From IMG/VR virus record IMGVR_UViG_3300033075_000861, positions 1-64,000 of that record: a stretch of DNA of 64,000 nucleotides; one strand, written 5' to 3'. This stretch comes from a virus. Lineage: Duplodnaviria; Caudoviricetes. Under the pieces are notes generated by a model. That model saw only the letters and a program-made list of their open reading frames with translations, had not been told where the DNA came from and ran no database searches. The translations under genes were made by a program, and so were the position numbers. This document shows positions 19,226 to 28,600 of the stretch, in pieces; positions within the stretch are counted from its first letter, which is position 1; the number at the start of each line of letters is the position of its first letter.

Positions 19226-20441
19226 ACTGCTCGGCCTGGTCCCCGCCGCCGGCCTGGCTCTGCTGGCCGACCCGACCAAGCTGCTCGCCAGCAAGGGCGA
19301 GGCTCTGCCCAGCGACGACCTGATGAGGGAGTACAAGAACCACATCGCCATCAAGGAGGGGGTCGCTGCGAGGTGGGCCAGGACGGGCCTGCTCGACGGT
19401 ATCGAGTGCCCGCACCTGGCCCGCGAGATGGGCGTCCTGCTGGAGAACCAGCGTCTCTTCAACGAGACGCTGGAGGACGATGACGACCTCCACATGCCGG
19501 CCAAGGTCAAGCGGATCTCTATCCCGCTGGTCCGCCGGGGCTACGTCCACCCGCTGCTCACGACCCTGGCCCCCATCGTCGCCATGATGGGGCCTTCCGG
19601 CCCCACCTACTGGTGGCAGGACGGGAAGATCGTCACCGGGGCCGGCGTGGGCATGCCCAAGCAGACGCTCCTGGGGCCGGTGCCGGCGGACCACACCGTC
19701 CCCGGCACCGCCAAACTCAGGTCCGTGCTGGAGATCAGCGACGGCGACGACGTGGCGTGGAACGACCTCTCCCCCGAGGAGAGTCGTGCCCGCATGAACG
19801 CCGAGGCCAACATGACCGCCATCATCGCCCAGATGAACGCCTGGGACATGATCGAGGCGACGGTCAAGGCGTGCCGCCAGGTCGCCGGCACCACGCACAA
19901 GGGCGACGACGCTCAGTTGCTGGTGCGTCTGGCTGGCAACCACCTCAAGGCGATCTACCCCACCGGCATGAACTGGGTCGTGGCCTCGCAGGACTTCGCC
20001 CTGGACCTGTACTCCAAGGTGGACGACGCCTGCCGCCGCGTCTTCCACGTCGAGCCGCCTGAGGGGATGTCCCCCGACGAGTTCATCGCCAGGTTGAGGG
20101 AGCAGTTCCGCAAGGCCAAGGCCGAGGGCTACAGGCAGGTCGAGCGGTACTACAAGTACGGGGAGAAGGTCGAGGGGGCCGATCTGTGGGTGGACCGCGA
20201 GGCCGAGGGCTGGTGGGCCGTCGCCGGTGCCTTCCCCGGCAGCGTCCTGCCCGGCCCGGCGGACCTGAGGATGCTCTACGCCGGCCTCCAGTTCTGCCCC
20301 TACGTCCCGATCTCCACGACCGGCATGCGGATCGCCGGGCTGAACGAGTCCAAGGGCATCCGCTACAGCTTCTACACCCGCTACGGCTGGGGCTACCACC
20401 CCAACGCCGCCAGCTTCTTCGTCAACATGCAGAAGGGGTGA
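19206..20441 (+). CDS. divergent gp23-like capsid paralog 2 with a twin-arginine signal
   Basis: SLNRRELLGLVPAAGLALLA; WARTGLLDG...GVLLENQRLFNE...KRISIPLVRR; FCPYVP...YTRYG. Confidence 0.75.
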   Translation: MSLNRRELLGLVPAAGLALLADPTKLLASKGEALPSDDLMREYKNHIAIKEGVAARWARTGLLDGIECPHLAREMGVLLENQRLFNETLEDDDDLHMPAKVKRISIPLVRRGYVHPLLTTLAPIVAMMGPSGPTYWWQDGKIVTGAGVGMPKQTLLGPVPADHTVPGTAKLRSVLEISDGDDVAWNDLSPEESRARMNAEANMTAIIAQMNAWDMIEATVKACRQVAGTTHKGDDAQLLVRLAGNHLKAIYPTGMNWVVASQDFALDLYSKVDDACRRVFHVEPPEGMSPDEFIARLREQFRKAKAEGYRQVERYYKYGEKVEGADLWVDREAEGWWAVAGAFPGSVLPGPADLRMLYAGLQFCPYVPISTTGMRIAGLNESKGIRYSFYTRYGWGYHPNAASFFVNMQKG

Positions 20442-21100
20442 CCGTGGACGACCACCTGCCGCCGCGTCTGAGGAAGGCCAGAGAACGCGACCGCAAGCTG
20501 CACCCGAACGACGCGGTCGGCAGGGTCTGGGACGAGATCGCCGCCCTCCTGGGCGATGGCTACCACGCCGACTCCAAGGTGACGATCACCCACGGACAGA
20601 AGTCGGTCGAGGTCTACGCCTACTCGCTGCTCGGCCTGGACGCCCTCCTGGCCGAGTACGAGGATGAGGAGTTCCACAACTGGCGGGAGCGGGGCAAACC
20701 CATCCCGCCGACACCCAAGTTCCATGACGGGTTTGAAGGCGATCTGATGAGGGCCATCGCCGGCGTCCTGACGGACAGGATGCCCTGGCTGAACCACCAG
20801 ATGACGCGGTGGCCGTGCAGGCAGGATCGTGACGACTTCATCGGCTTCGCCGCCGGTGCCGTCGTGCGGGTTCTGATCGGCCTGAAGAACAAGGCCGTCG
20901 CCAAGATGAACGAAGTTGTCCCTGAGGAGAAGATCAGGGAGGAAGCGTACCTGGCCTGGGAGAAGGCCAAGGAAGCGAACCCCGGCCTGCCGCCGGGCGA
21001 CGGGAAGGACTTCTGGCTCGCTGCGGAAGCGAGATTGAAGATCCAGAGATTGAAGGAGGCCCTACAGGAGTGCCTCCCAGTCCATGACACGAAGGAGTGA
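20438..21100 (+). CDS. hypothetical protein with a C-terminal DUF2934-like module
   Basis: EEKIREEAYLAWEKA...GKDFWLAAE. Confidence 0.6.
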   Translation: MTVDDHLPPRLRKARERDRKLHPNDAVGRVWDEIAALLGDGYHADSKVTITHGQKSVEVYAYSLLGLDALLAEYEDEEFHNWRERGKPIPPTPKFHDGFEGDLMRAIAGVLTDRMPWLNHQMTRWPCRQDRDDFIGFAAGAVVRVLIGLKNKAVAKMNEVVPEEKIREEAYLAWEKAKEANPGLPPGDGKDFWLAAEARLKIQRLKEALQECLPVHDTKE

Positions 21101-21510
21101 ACGCAGTGCCTGACCCGACGACGACGACCGACTTCGCCGCCTCCATCAGCGAGGGCGTGGCGGCGAAGCTGGCCGAACTGAACCCGACCATCAAGGACAA
21201 GGTGGTCGAGATCAAGGTGGAGGAGGAACTGGGCAGGAGGACGGAACTGGTCCTCAAGGCCCTGACCAAGCTGGACACGCTGGAGAAGGACGCCGCCAAG
21301 ATCAAGCCGGACCAGATCATCAAGGACGCCCAGACCGGGGCGGTGATCCAGCAGGGCATGTCGCCCCAGAAGTGGAGCGAGAAGGAGAAGGCCGAGAAGG
21401 CACTCAAGGAGATGAAGGAAGCCCTGGCCCAGGCCCTGACAGACGGCAAGTACGACGCCCTCAAGAAGCAGGTCGAGAAGGGCGGCGGCAAGGACTCAGA
21501 GGGACAGTGA
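21097..21510 (+). CDS. helical/coiled-coil hypothetical protein
   Basis: 137 aa, Lys/Glu-rich. Confidence 0.7.
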   Translation: MNAVPDPTTTTDFAASISEGVAAKLAELNPTIKDKVVEIKVEEELGRRTELVLKALTKLDTLEKDAAKIKPDQIIKDAQTGAVIQQGMSPQKWSEKEKAEKALKEMKEALAQALTDGKYDALKKQVEKGGGKDSEGQ

Positions 21511-21987
21511 CACCTGGGCCTTCCCAGGGAAACTCGGGTACACCTTACCCCCCTTCCGCCCCAGGACGAGGATGGAATCCAAGTCCAGGCTGAAGGGGGG
21601 CTTAACACCTTTGTGGCGACGACAAAGTGAGAGGAGGTAGTCATCGCCAACATCGAATGAGTGGGCTACGACCATGTAGGGGTAGGCGACCGGGATGCTC
21701 GCGGGGGCGGACACCCTCACGGCAGCCATGTAGTCGTCAACGATGACGCTCTCCACCGCCAGGCCGACATCCTGCCCCCACTGAAGGGCGGGGTTCGACA
21801 TCATCTCCCTTGTCACCGGCCTGGTGACGACGAGATGGCTGGCACGGCCCATCCAGCGGCTCTTCGGGTGATTCCCCGAGGTCCACTGGTAGACCGCACG
21901 GAGTAGCTCACGCTGCGAACCGGAGGACAGCCAGCAGGCGGCGAACTCGTACTCGCTGGGGTCCGGTTTTTGCATGTCATCGTTCAT
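21496..21987 (-). CDS. hypothetical protein, possibly a degenerate 2H-phosphoesterase fold
   Basis: SHLVVT and PYMVVA at 2H-like spacing; CTAGATA 5 nt upstream. Confidence 0.45.
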   Translation of the reverse strand: MNDDMQKPDPSEYEFAACWLSSGSQRELLRAVYQWTSGNHPKSRWMGRASHLVVTRPVTREMMSNPALQWGQDVGLAVESVIVDDYMAAVRVSAPASIPVAYPYMVVAHSFDVGDDYLLSLCRRHKGVKPPFSLDLDSILVLGRKGGKVYPSFPGKAQVSLSL

Positions 21988-22022
21988 TGCCCTATCTAGC
22001 CCCGTTTGCAGGAGCTTTAGAC

Positions 22023-22967
22023 ATGGGAGAAACCACCGTGCTACTGACCCGCGATGTGCCCCAGGTTGAGAGCGTGGAACAATGGCTGGCCTACGACGAC
22101 TCGGGGCACACACAGACCATTCTGGCCGAGGTGGTAGCCAAAAAATACGAGGTCTACAACGCCTGGCTCAAAACGGGACTGGCCCCTGAACAGGCGATCC
22201 TGGCCCAGAACATGCACACCATGTGGGTGATCGACACGGCGGTCCTGATGGAGAACCAGCGACTCTTCAATGAGATGTGGCCCACCCACCCCTGGTTCGC
22301 CCGACTCTCACTGCCGACCATCCTAACGATGTGCAGGAACTCGACCCTCAACAGCATCGTCAGCACCTGGGCGATGATCAGGCCGACGAGTTACGGCTCC
22401 TTCTGGCAGGACTTCGACGGCAAGCTCACCATCACCGAGCCGGTGCAGTCTCAGGTGATCCCGTACAACCACGTCTGGCACATCCCGGTCCCCCAGGATG
22501 TCCGCAAGCCGTTCACCGTGGAGAATGATGCCGAGATCGCCGCCCAAACCGCGTTCGCCATCATCGACCGGCAGGTCTGCATGATCATGGAGGTGATCAA
22601 GAAAGACCCCGGCTTCCACTTCTCGGGCGACTTCGCCACCACACTGCCCCTGGCCTGCAAAGCTATCCAGGGCAAAGTGGGCGGACTGCCGACCTGGGCA
22701 TGTGGCAAGCAGACGACCCTAGATGGGCTGACGCAGATGCCCGGCGTGTCGCTGGTGCCGTGCCCGGTAGCCGACGAAAACGAGTTGTTCGTCGGCTACC
22801 GGGGCAGCTACACCTACGAGTCAGGCATCTGCCTGCACCAGTACGTCCCCCTCGTCCCGGCGAACCAGACCAAGGGGGTAGACATCTCCATCCCGGTATA
22901 CGGCAGGTTCGCCATCACCGTCAGGCCCGACGTGGGCAAGTACTACTTCGCCCACCTCACCCGCTAG
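22023..22967 (+). CDS. divergent gp23-like capsid paralog 3
   Basis: AWLKTGL...AVLMENQRLFNE...RLSLP; LFVGYRGSYTYESG...QYVPL...GKYYF. Confidence 0.7.
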   Translation: MGETTVLLTRDVPQVESVEQWLAYDDSGHTQTILAEVVAKKYEVYNAWLKTGLAPEQAILAQNMHTMWVIDTAVLMENQRLFNEMWPTHPWFARLSLPTILTMCRNSTLNSIVSTWAMIRPTSYGSFWQDFDGKLTITEPVQSQVIPYNHVWHIPVPQDVRKPFTVENDAEIAAQTAFAIIDRQVCMIMEVIKKDPGFHFSGDFATTLPLACKAIQGKVGGLPTWACGKQTTLDGLTQMPGVSLVPCPVADENELFVGYRGSYTYESGICLHQYVPLVPANQTKGVDISIPVYGRFAITVRPDVGKYYFAHLTR

Positions 22968-23326
22968 AAGGGGATGTCGTCGCCGTACTTGTCGTTGAGG
23001 TAGTACTCGTTCACCTTCGGCAGGCCGATCTCCTCGACCTTGTTGAAGAGTGCGAGTTGGTGACTCGGGTCGATCAGCGAGCCGACGCTGATCGGCCCAT
23101 GCCAGTGGACAATCTCGCTCATCGCCAGGTTCTTGTCGCGGTCGTATAGGCACTCGGCGTAGAAGCCGACTTCATCACCCGTCCGCGTCCGGTGGCCGTA
23201 GCCACCCCAACCGTCGAGCATGGTCGAGACACGGACCACCTCCAGCGTGTCGATCTTGACACGCCTGTCCTCGCCAGCCATACCCCGCAGGGCGATATAC
23301 ACCTTGTCTTGCTGCTGAGTGTCCAT
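22964..23326 (-). CDS. hypothetical protein
   Basis: 120 aa, AAGGAGG RBS, upstream promoter. Confidence 0.65.
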   Translation of the reverse strand: MDTQQQDKVYIALRGMAGEDRRVKIDTLEVVRVSTMLDGWGGYGHRTRTGDEVGFYAECLYDRDKNLAMSEIVHWHGPISVGSLIDPSHQLALFNKVEEIGLPKVNEYYLNDKYGDDIPF

Positions 23327-23347
23327 GCGACACCTCCTTTCAGCAAC

Positions 23348-23375
23348 AGGTTAGCCGGGGCATCTCCCCTGTCAA
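23348..23375 (-). promoter_or_regulatory. early-type promoter
   Basis: TTGACA-N16-TAACCT. Confidence 0.65.
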
Positions 23376-23541
23376 TGAAGGAGGAGGCCCCAGATCAGCC
23401 AGCCGAGGCCAAGACCCAAAGCAAAAATGAGGACGACGAACAACCCGCAGCCGATCACAGCCCTCTGAGCCACTCTCTCCAGATTACGATCACCGAACAT
23501 GGTCCTCTCCTTTGCCCTACAATCACCTGTAGGAGGTGAGT

Positions 23542-23844
23542 ATGGCTTTCATCAGAATCAACATGCCTTTCGTGACGGAGCCTGGCGAGCCGCCGGCCCC
23601 TCAGGAGTTGGTCGATCTTGTCGTCGGCAAGATGAGGAACTGGCTGTCGGAGAGGGGCCTTGAGGGCGAACTCGACGTTCTGGACAAGGACGGGACCAAG
23701 ATCCCCAGCCTGAAGGTTCTCAAACCGGCAGAGTGGGTCAGGGAGGACATGCAGGCGTTCGCAGCCCAGGCCGGCGAACACCTCAAGAGTATCCTGGCGG
23801 AACTGGGCACCGAGGGCGAGGAGCCTGAGGCCCAGGCTCAGTAG
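23542..23844 (+). CDS. hypothetical protein
   Basis: AGGAGGT RBS. Confidence 0.65.
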   Translation: MAFIRINMPFVTEPGEPPAPQELVDLVVGKMRNWLSERGLEGELDVLDKDGTKIPSLKVLKPAEWVREDMQAFAAQAGEHLKSILAELGTEGEEPEAQAQ

Positions 23845-26000
23845 TCCCAGCGGCTGCTCTTCATCTTGTTGGCGAGGTCGCGGACCTTGTCGAGGTTGTC
23901 GCGGAAGAAGCGGGCCGCGTTCTTGGCGTGTTTCTGGACGACCTCCTTGGCGAGGTCCGCGATGGCATGACGCCGGCGGACGTAGTCGTCCACCAGTCTA
24001 GCCGGGGCGTTCCGCAGCATCCCCAGCAGCGTGACGCCGTCGTAGAGCTTACGGTAGCGTCCGTGGTCGGCCTCCCCCTCGTTGCCGTCGTACTGGAAGC
24101 AAGGACGAACGTCCGACAGGGCCGAGCCGACGCGGCGGCTCAACTCCTCCAGAATCGCCGGACGCATCATCTTGTGGACCGCCCTGATCAGCTTCCCCCT
24201 CATGTAGTACAGGGTCCGCTTGTTGATCAGATGGGTGCTGGTCTGGATGGCGTTGGACAGCGACACGTCCATCGCCTTACTCATCTCACTGTCCACCACG
24301 TTCCGCACGTCCCAGGTAACCCAGACGGCCCGGTGGCTGTCCCAGTCCAGGGTGTAGCTGATGTCGTGGTTCTTGTGCATGTGACGCCACAGGTACGCCT
24401 GCCACACGCTGTCGATGCTGTCGCTGAGATCCTCGTCGGCGTTCAGCCTCAGGCCGTCCCCCAGGTACTGTGAGGCCAGGGAGTAGCCCAGGCCGGACAG
24501 TTCGCGGTCCTCCTCGTCGTAGCGGGCACCGTTGTGGTCAAGTTCAGCCGCCTCCAGACAGAGCTTGATGTAGTCCCACAGGCCGGAACTGCCCGACCCC
24601 AGGGCCTCGACCTTGTCGGCCAACCCCAGGATCTGCTCCTTGACCCATTCCTTGAACTCAGGCTTCTTGTAGGAGTGGTTGTTGACAAGATGCAGGTACT
24701 TGATCAGCCGGGGCAGGGTGGAAGCCTTAGCCACGACCTCCTGGGCCACCGTCAGTAGCAGGTCGTCGTCCACCGGCTCAGGCAACGCCGGTTTAGGCTC
24801 CGTCCGGTGCGTGGTCCTACGCTCGTTCTCGTAGCGAACGTGGCTCTCGATCTGGGTCAGTTTCTCCCACATCTCCTCAAGGTCGCGGAACTTCATCGAC
24901 GGGACAAGTTCCAGCACCAGGGCCTTGAGGTCGAAGAGAAGGTTGCTGACGATGGGTTCCGCCGAATCGGAGTGGCCCATGTCGTCAAAGACGTTCAGGA
25001 CGACGCGGAGGATCTCCTTCTTGCCCTGTCCGTCAGCCAGGTCCACCATCTCCTGGGTGAAACGGGACAGGTACTCGGGCGGGCGGACGTTCTCGGGGAC
25101 CGCGTGGTCCTTGTCCAGCAGGCTCAGGACCAGGCCACGGAGTTGGTCGCTGGCGAGGTCGGCCAGGTCGAAATTGATTTCCTCCATGTAGCCGCCGCCG
25201 ACGACCTTCTTGACGTAGGGAGACACCAGCAGGGCACAGATGGCCGGGTGGTAGACGCTGGTCGGCTTGGTGTTGCCGACGCCCTTCATCTCCCCCAACT
25301 CACCGTTGTTGCAGATGAACGTCAGGTGGACGCGGTCTTCGGCGTCCCTGAGGGACAGGATGTTGTCGCCCTTCCTCTTGCCGGCGTTGCCGCAGTGACC
25401 GCCGGCGGCTCCCTCGGCACGGCTGTAGCCGCAGCCGAGACTCTTCCACGTCCACCCGGTCCAATTCTCATGTGCCCAGTGCTGCTGATCACCCCTGGGC
25501 AGCGAGAGGATCACCTCGGGGTGGTGGCTGAAGAGTTCGTAGACGACCCTCTCCACCTCCACGATGACGTGGCCGAGAGGCCCTTTGTCGAACTTGCGGT
25601 CGGAGAAGGCAAGTTGGCGGTGGTAACGCTGGGAGTCGGCAGTGATCTGGGTACGGCTGTAGGAGGTCGAGTTCAGGCGGCTGCGGAGGGCGTTGTCGTT
25701 GGCGTAAGCCGTTAGGTAGGCCCCCAGCGTGTCCCAGTCGTCGCGGAACTTGGCCGGGACCGTGTCGAGGCTGACCTTCTCCATCCCGTACAGCCAGGAG
25801 AAGTAGGCGGCGAGGCTCTCAATGAAGCGTGCGTTCAGACCCCCGACCTGGCCCAACGCCTGGCGGACGGCTTGTTTGACCGAGCGGATGTACTCGGAAG
25901 TCAGTTCGTTGCGGGCCATTGCGGCTACTGACACTGCCTCTTTGACCTGAAAGAACTCACGGAAGTTAATAGTTGGCATCCCTCTGACCGTGTCCTTCAT
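23838..26000 (-). CDS. large protein with a PcfJ-like module and an N-terminal NFREFF motif
   Basis: EGAAGGHCGN...ILSLRD...HLTF...GEMKGVGNTKP; CTACATA 6 nt upstream. Confidence 0.6.
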   Translation of the reverse strand: MKDTVRGMPTINFREFFQVKEAVSVAAMARNELTSEYIRSVKQAVRQALGQVGGLNARFIESLAAYFSWLYGMEKVSLDTVPAKFRDDWDTLGAYLTAYANDNALRSRLNSTSYSRTQITADSQRYHRQLAFSDRKFDKGPLGHVIVEVERVVYELFSHHPEVILSLPRGDQQHWAHENWTGWTWKSLGCGYSRAEGAAGGHCGNAGKRKGDNILSLRDAEDRVHLTFICNNGELGEMKGVGNTKPTSVYHPAICALLVSPYVKKVVGGGYMEEINFDLADLASDQLRGLVLSLLDKDHAVPENVRPPEYLSRFTQEMVDLADGQGKKEILRVVLNVFDDMGHSDSAEPIVSNLLFDLKALVLELVPSMKFRDLEEMWEKLTQIESHVRYENERRTTHRTEPKPALPEPVDDDLLLTVAQEVVAKASTLPRLIKYLHLVNNHSYKKPEFKEWVKEQILGLADKVEALGSGSSGLWDYIKLCLEAAELDHNGARYDEEDRELSGLGYSLASQYLGDGLRLNADEDLSDSIDSVWQAYLWRHMHKNHDISYTLDWDSHRAVWVTWDVRNVVDSEMSKAMDVSLSNAIQTSTHLINKRTLYYMRGKLIRAVHKMMRPAILEELSRRVGSALSDVRPCFQYDGNEGEADHGRYRKLYDGVTLLGMLRNAPARLVDDYVRRRHAIADLAKEVVQKHAKNAARFFRDNLDKVRDLANKMKSSRWDY

Positions 26001-26047
26001 ACCCGTTATGTAGACCTGCGGAGTGCCTTAGACAGTCGCCGTAGCCA

Positions 26048-26815
26048 CTATCTAGCACGACGGACGTACTCAGCGGTCAGCTTGATCGCCTCCTTAACGA
26101 ACTTCACCCGGTCGGACAACTCTGCCTGGCCGGGAACTTCTAGCGTCAGCACCGGGACGCCCAGGTCCGCGAGCTTGTCCTCGACGGTGCGGCGGTTGAC
26201 GTGCGGGGGTTTCACCAACCCATCCTTTATCTGAGCGTACTCGGGGAACCAAGGTTCGCCTTCTTTCGGCTTTTTCGGCTCGGGGATCGGCTTCTGGATG
26301 GTGAAGTACTCCTCGGCGGCGTCTCGGACCTTCTCGGCCAACGACTTGCAGCGGTTGTAGTAGGCGTAGAACCCCTTCAGGTCGGGGTCTTCGTGGAGCG
26401 ACAGGGCGAAGCGGATCTCCTCGCCGTCGAAGCTCCTCAGGATCTGCCAGGAGTCCTTCTCCTTGTCCCTGGTGTAGAAGGTCCGGTTGATGTCTTTCCC
26501 TGTGCGGTCCTTCCGCTCGTTCCTTTCATACCCTGCCGCGTTCAGCAGAGGGTAGGCCAGAATCCTGACCTTCTCGTCCGGGTTGTCCTCCAAGTATTCC
26601 AGCGTCCCCAGGGGGCCTGACTTCTCGTTGCCGTGGTGGCCGGCGAGGACGAGCAAGGTGGCCTCGCCCGAAATCGAATTGGCCTCGATGCGGTAGACGG
26701 GGAAGCGTTCGGTGCCGGCGACGATGTCGCCGCCCAACTTCTTCATGCGGTTGAGCAGGTGGCTCAACTGCGGGGGGCTGGTCATGTTGATGAACGAACG
26801 GAAGCCTTTGAGCAT
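26048..26815 (-). CDS. M14-family zinc carboxypeptidase/desuccinylase-like protein
   Basis: AGHHGNE, PLLN, DINRTF, SLHED, TLEVP. Confidence 0.8.
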   Translation of the reverse strand: MLKGFRSFINMTSPPQLSHLLNRMKKLGGDIVAGTERFPVYRIEANSISGEATLLVLAGHHGNEKSGPLGTLEYLEDNPDEKVRILAYPLLNAAGYERNERKDRTGKDINRTFYTRDKEKDSWQILRSFDGEEIRFALSLHEDPDLKGFYAYYNRCKSLAEKVRDAAEEYFTIQKPIPEPKKPKEGEPWFPEYAQIKDGLVKPPHVNRRTVEDKLADLGVPVLTLEVPGQAELSDRVKFVKEAIKLTAEYVRRAR

Positions 26816-26874
26816 GACCTATCTAGTTGGCGGGAGGGCGGCTATAATCGCCCGCCGACTCAATGAGGTTAGCC

Positions 26875-28368
26875 ATGACAGCCGCCAAGATCGTCGTCAA
26901 CAACGACTTCTCCTTCATCACCGAGGCCATTCCCGGCCTCCACCAGAAGCTGTGGAAGGCCCTCAGGAAGAGGGCCAAAGACTACTTCTTCCACCCCCTC
27001 TACCGTCAGAAGAAGTGGGACGGCTTTATCGACTTCTACGGCAAGACCACCGGCAGGTTCATGACCGGGCTGCTGCCTGAGGTCGAGGCCGCTCTGGGCG
27101 TCTGGGAGGTTCCCTACGAACTGGACGACCAGCGTCCGCCCATGCACTTCCGGCAACAGACCATCGATGAGAACTTCTTCAACTGCTTCCTGCCCCAGTC
27201 AGGCCTGTGGCCGGACGGCAGCGAGGCCAAGCCGATCACCCCACGCGACTACCAGATCGACCTGACCGCCAAGGCGATCATGCTCCACCGGGGCATCATC
27301 CAGGCCCCTACGAGGGCCGGCAAGTCCCTTATGATGGTCGGCCTGGCCCACTGCCTGCCGCCCAACACGCCGATGTTGTTCACCACCAAGCAGTCCTCGC
27401 TGGTGCTGCAAATCTACGAGGATCTGGTCAAGTGGGGCGTCCCCAACGTCGGCATGGTCGGCGGCGGCAAGAACAAGCCCGACGTGATCACCTGCTGCAC
27501 CCTGGACTCGCTCCACAAGCTGGAGAGGCTGTTCCCTTTCATCCGCGTCCTCATCGTGGACGAGTGCCACAAGATGATGACCAAGAAGGCCAAGGCGTGC
27601 TACCGGGCCTGCAAGAAAGCCAACGTGCGTCTCGCCTTCAGTGCCACGCCCTTCAAGTTCAGCGAGCGTGACCCCGACAACCCTAAGCCTACTGAGGGCG
27701 ATCAGGTCCAGAAGTTCATGCTCAAGGGGTTCTTCGGGCCGATCATCCTCACGTCCACCACCGAAAGTGGTTTGCTGACGACCAAGGAGCTTCAGGAGCG
27801 TGGCATCCTAAGCAAGTCCAACTGCACCTTCTACAAGATCAAGGAGCCTAAGCTCCCCTACGCCCTCTACGCCGACGCCGTCAACCAGGGCATGGTGGAG
27901 TCGCACCATTTTCATCAGGTCGTCCGCAGCCTGGTGAAGACTCTCAAGGGGCGGACCCTGATCCTCGTCCAGAGGGTGCCCCACGGCGAGATCCTGTCCA
28001 AGATGATCCCAGGGTCCATCTGGGTCAGCGGCAAGGACACCCTGAAGAACCGTAAGCAGGTCATCAAGATGCTGTGCGAGAGCGAGTCGGCGGTCGCCAT
28101 CGCCACGCAGCAAATCTTCAATGACGGCATCACGGTCAAGATCCACAACCTGATCAACGCCGCCGGCGGCAAGGCGAGCCACGACATCACCCAGAGGCTG
28201 GGGCGTGGTCTGGGCACCGCTGACGACAAGGACAGCCTGGAGTACTACGACTGGAAGTTCGACGGCGTGAACCCCTACCTCGATGACCACAGCGACGACC
28301 GTATCAGGATCATCGGCAACGAGGGCCACAACGTCACGGTCAAGGAGATCGACTTCCCGGTGGCTTAG
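26875..28368 (+). CDS. uvsW: superfamily 2 DNA helicase, UvsW-like
   Basis: RDYQ, APTRAGKS, IVDECH, SATP, QRLGRG; sits in a T4-like recombination context. Confidence 0.8.
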   Translation: MTAAKIVVNNDFSFITEAIPGLHQKLWKALRKRAKDYFFHPLYRQKKWDGFIDFYGKTTGRFMTGLLPEVEAALGVWEVPYELDDQRPPMHFRQQTIDENFFNCFLPQSGLWPDGSEAKPITPRDYQIDLTAKAIMLHRGIIQAPTRAGKSLMMVGLAHCLPPNTPMLFTTKQSSLVLQIYEDLVKWGVPNVGMVGGGKNKPDVITCCTLDSLHKLERLFPFIRVLIVDECHKMMTKKAKACYRACKKANVRLAFSATPFKFSERDPDNPKPTEGDQVQKFMLKGFFGPIILTSTTESGLLTTKELQERGILSKSNCTFYKIKEPKLPYALYADAVNQGMVESHHFHQVVRSLVKTLKGRTLILVQRVPHGEILSKMIPGSIWVSGKDTLKNRKQVIKMLCESESAVAIATQQIFNDGITVKIHNLINAAGGKASHDITQRLGRGLGTADDKDSLEYYDWKFDGVNPYLDDHSDDRIRIIGNEGHNVTVKEIDFPVA

Positions 28369-28375
28369 GCCCCGG

Positions 28376-28600
28376 TTAGCCTGTGATGAGTTCCACCAGG
28401 GCCTTGACGCCCAGGTAGGTTGCCAGGAACAGGATCATGAAGGTCAGGACGACCACCTTGTTCAGTGTCATGATCCACAGGAGGGACAGGAACGATTCGG
28501 CCCTGTTCTCCAGAAACGCATTCAGCCCGCAGCCCGGCTCGGGCCGGGACCACATCCTCTTCCAATGGTACGCATAGAGCCGGCAAAAGGCACGAATCAC
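28376..28600 (-). CDS. small membrane protein
   Basis: C-terminal TM helix. Confidence 0.5.
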   Translation of the reverse strand: MIRAFCRLYAYHWKRMWSRPEPGCGLNAFLENRAESFLSLLWIMTLNKVVVLTFMILFLATYLGVKALVELITG

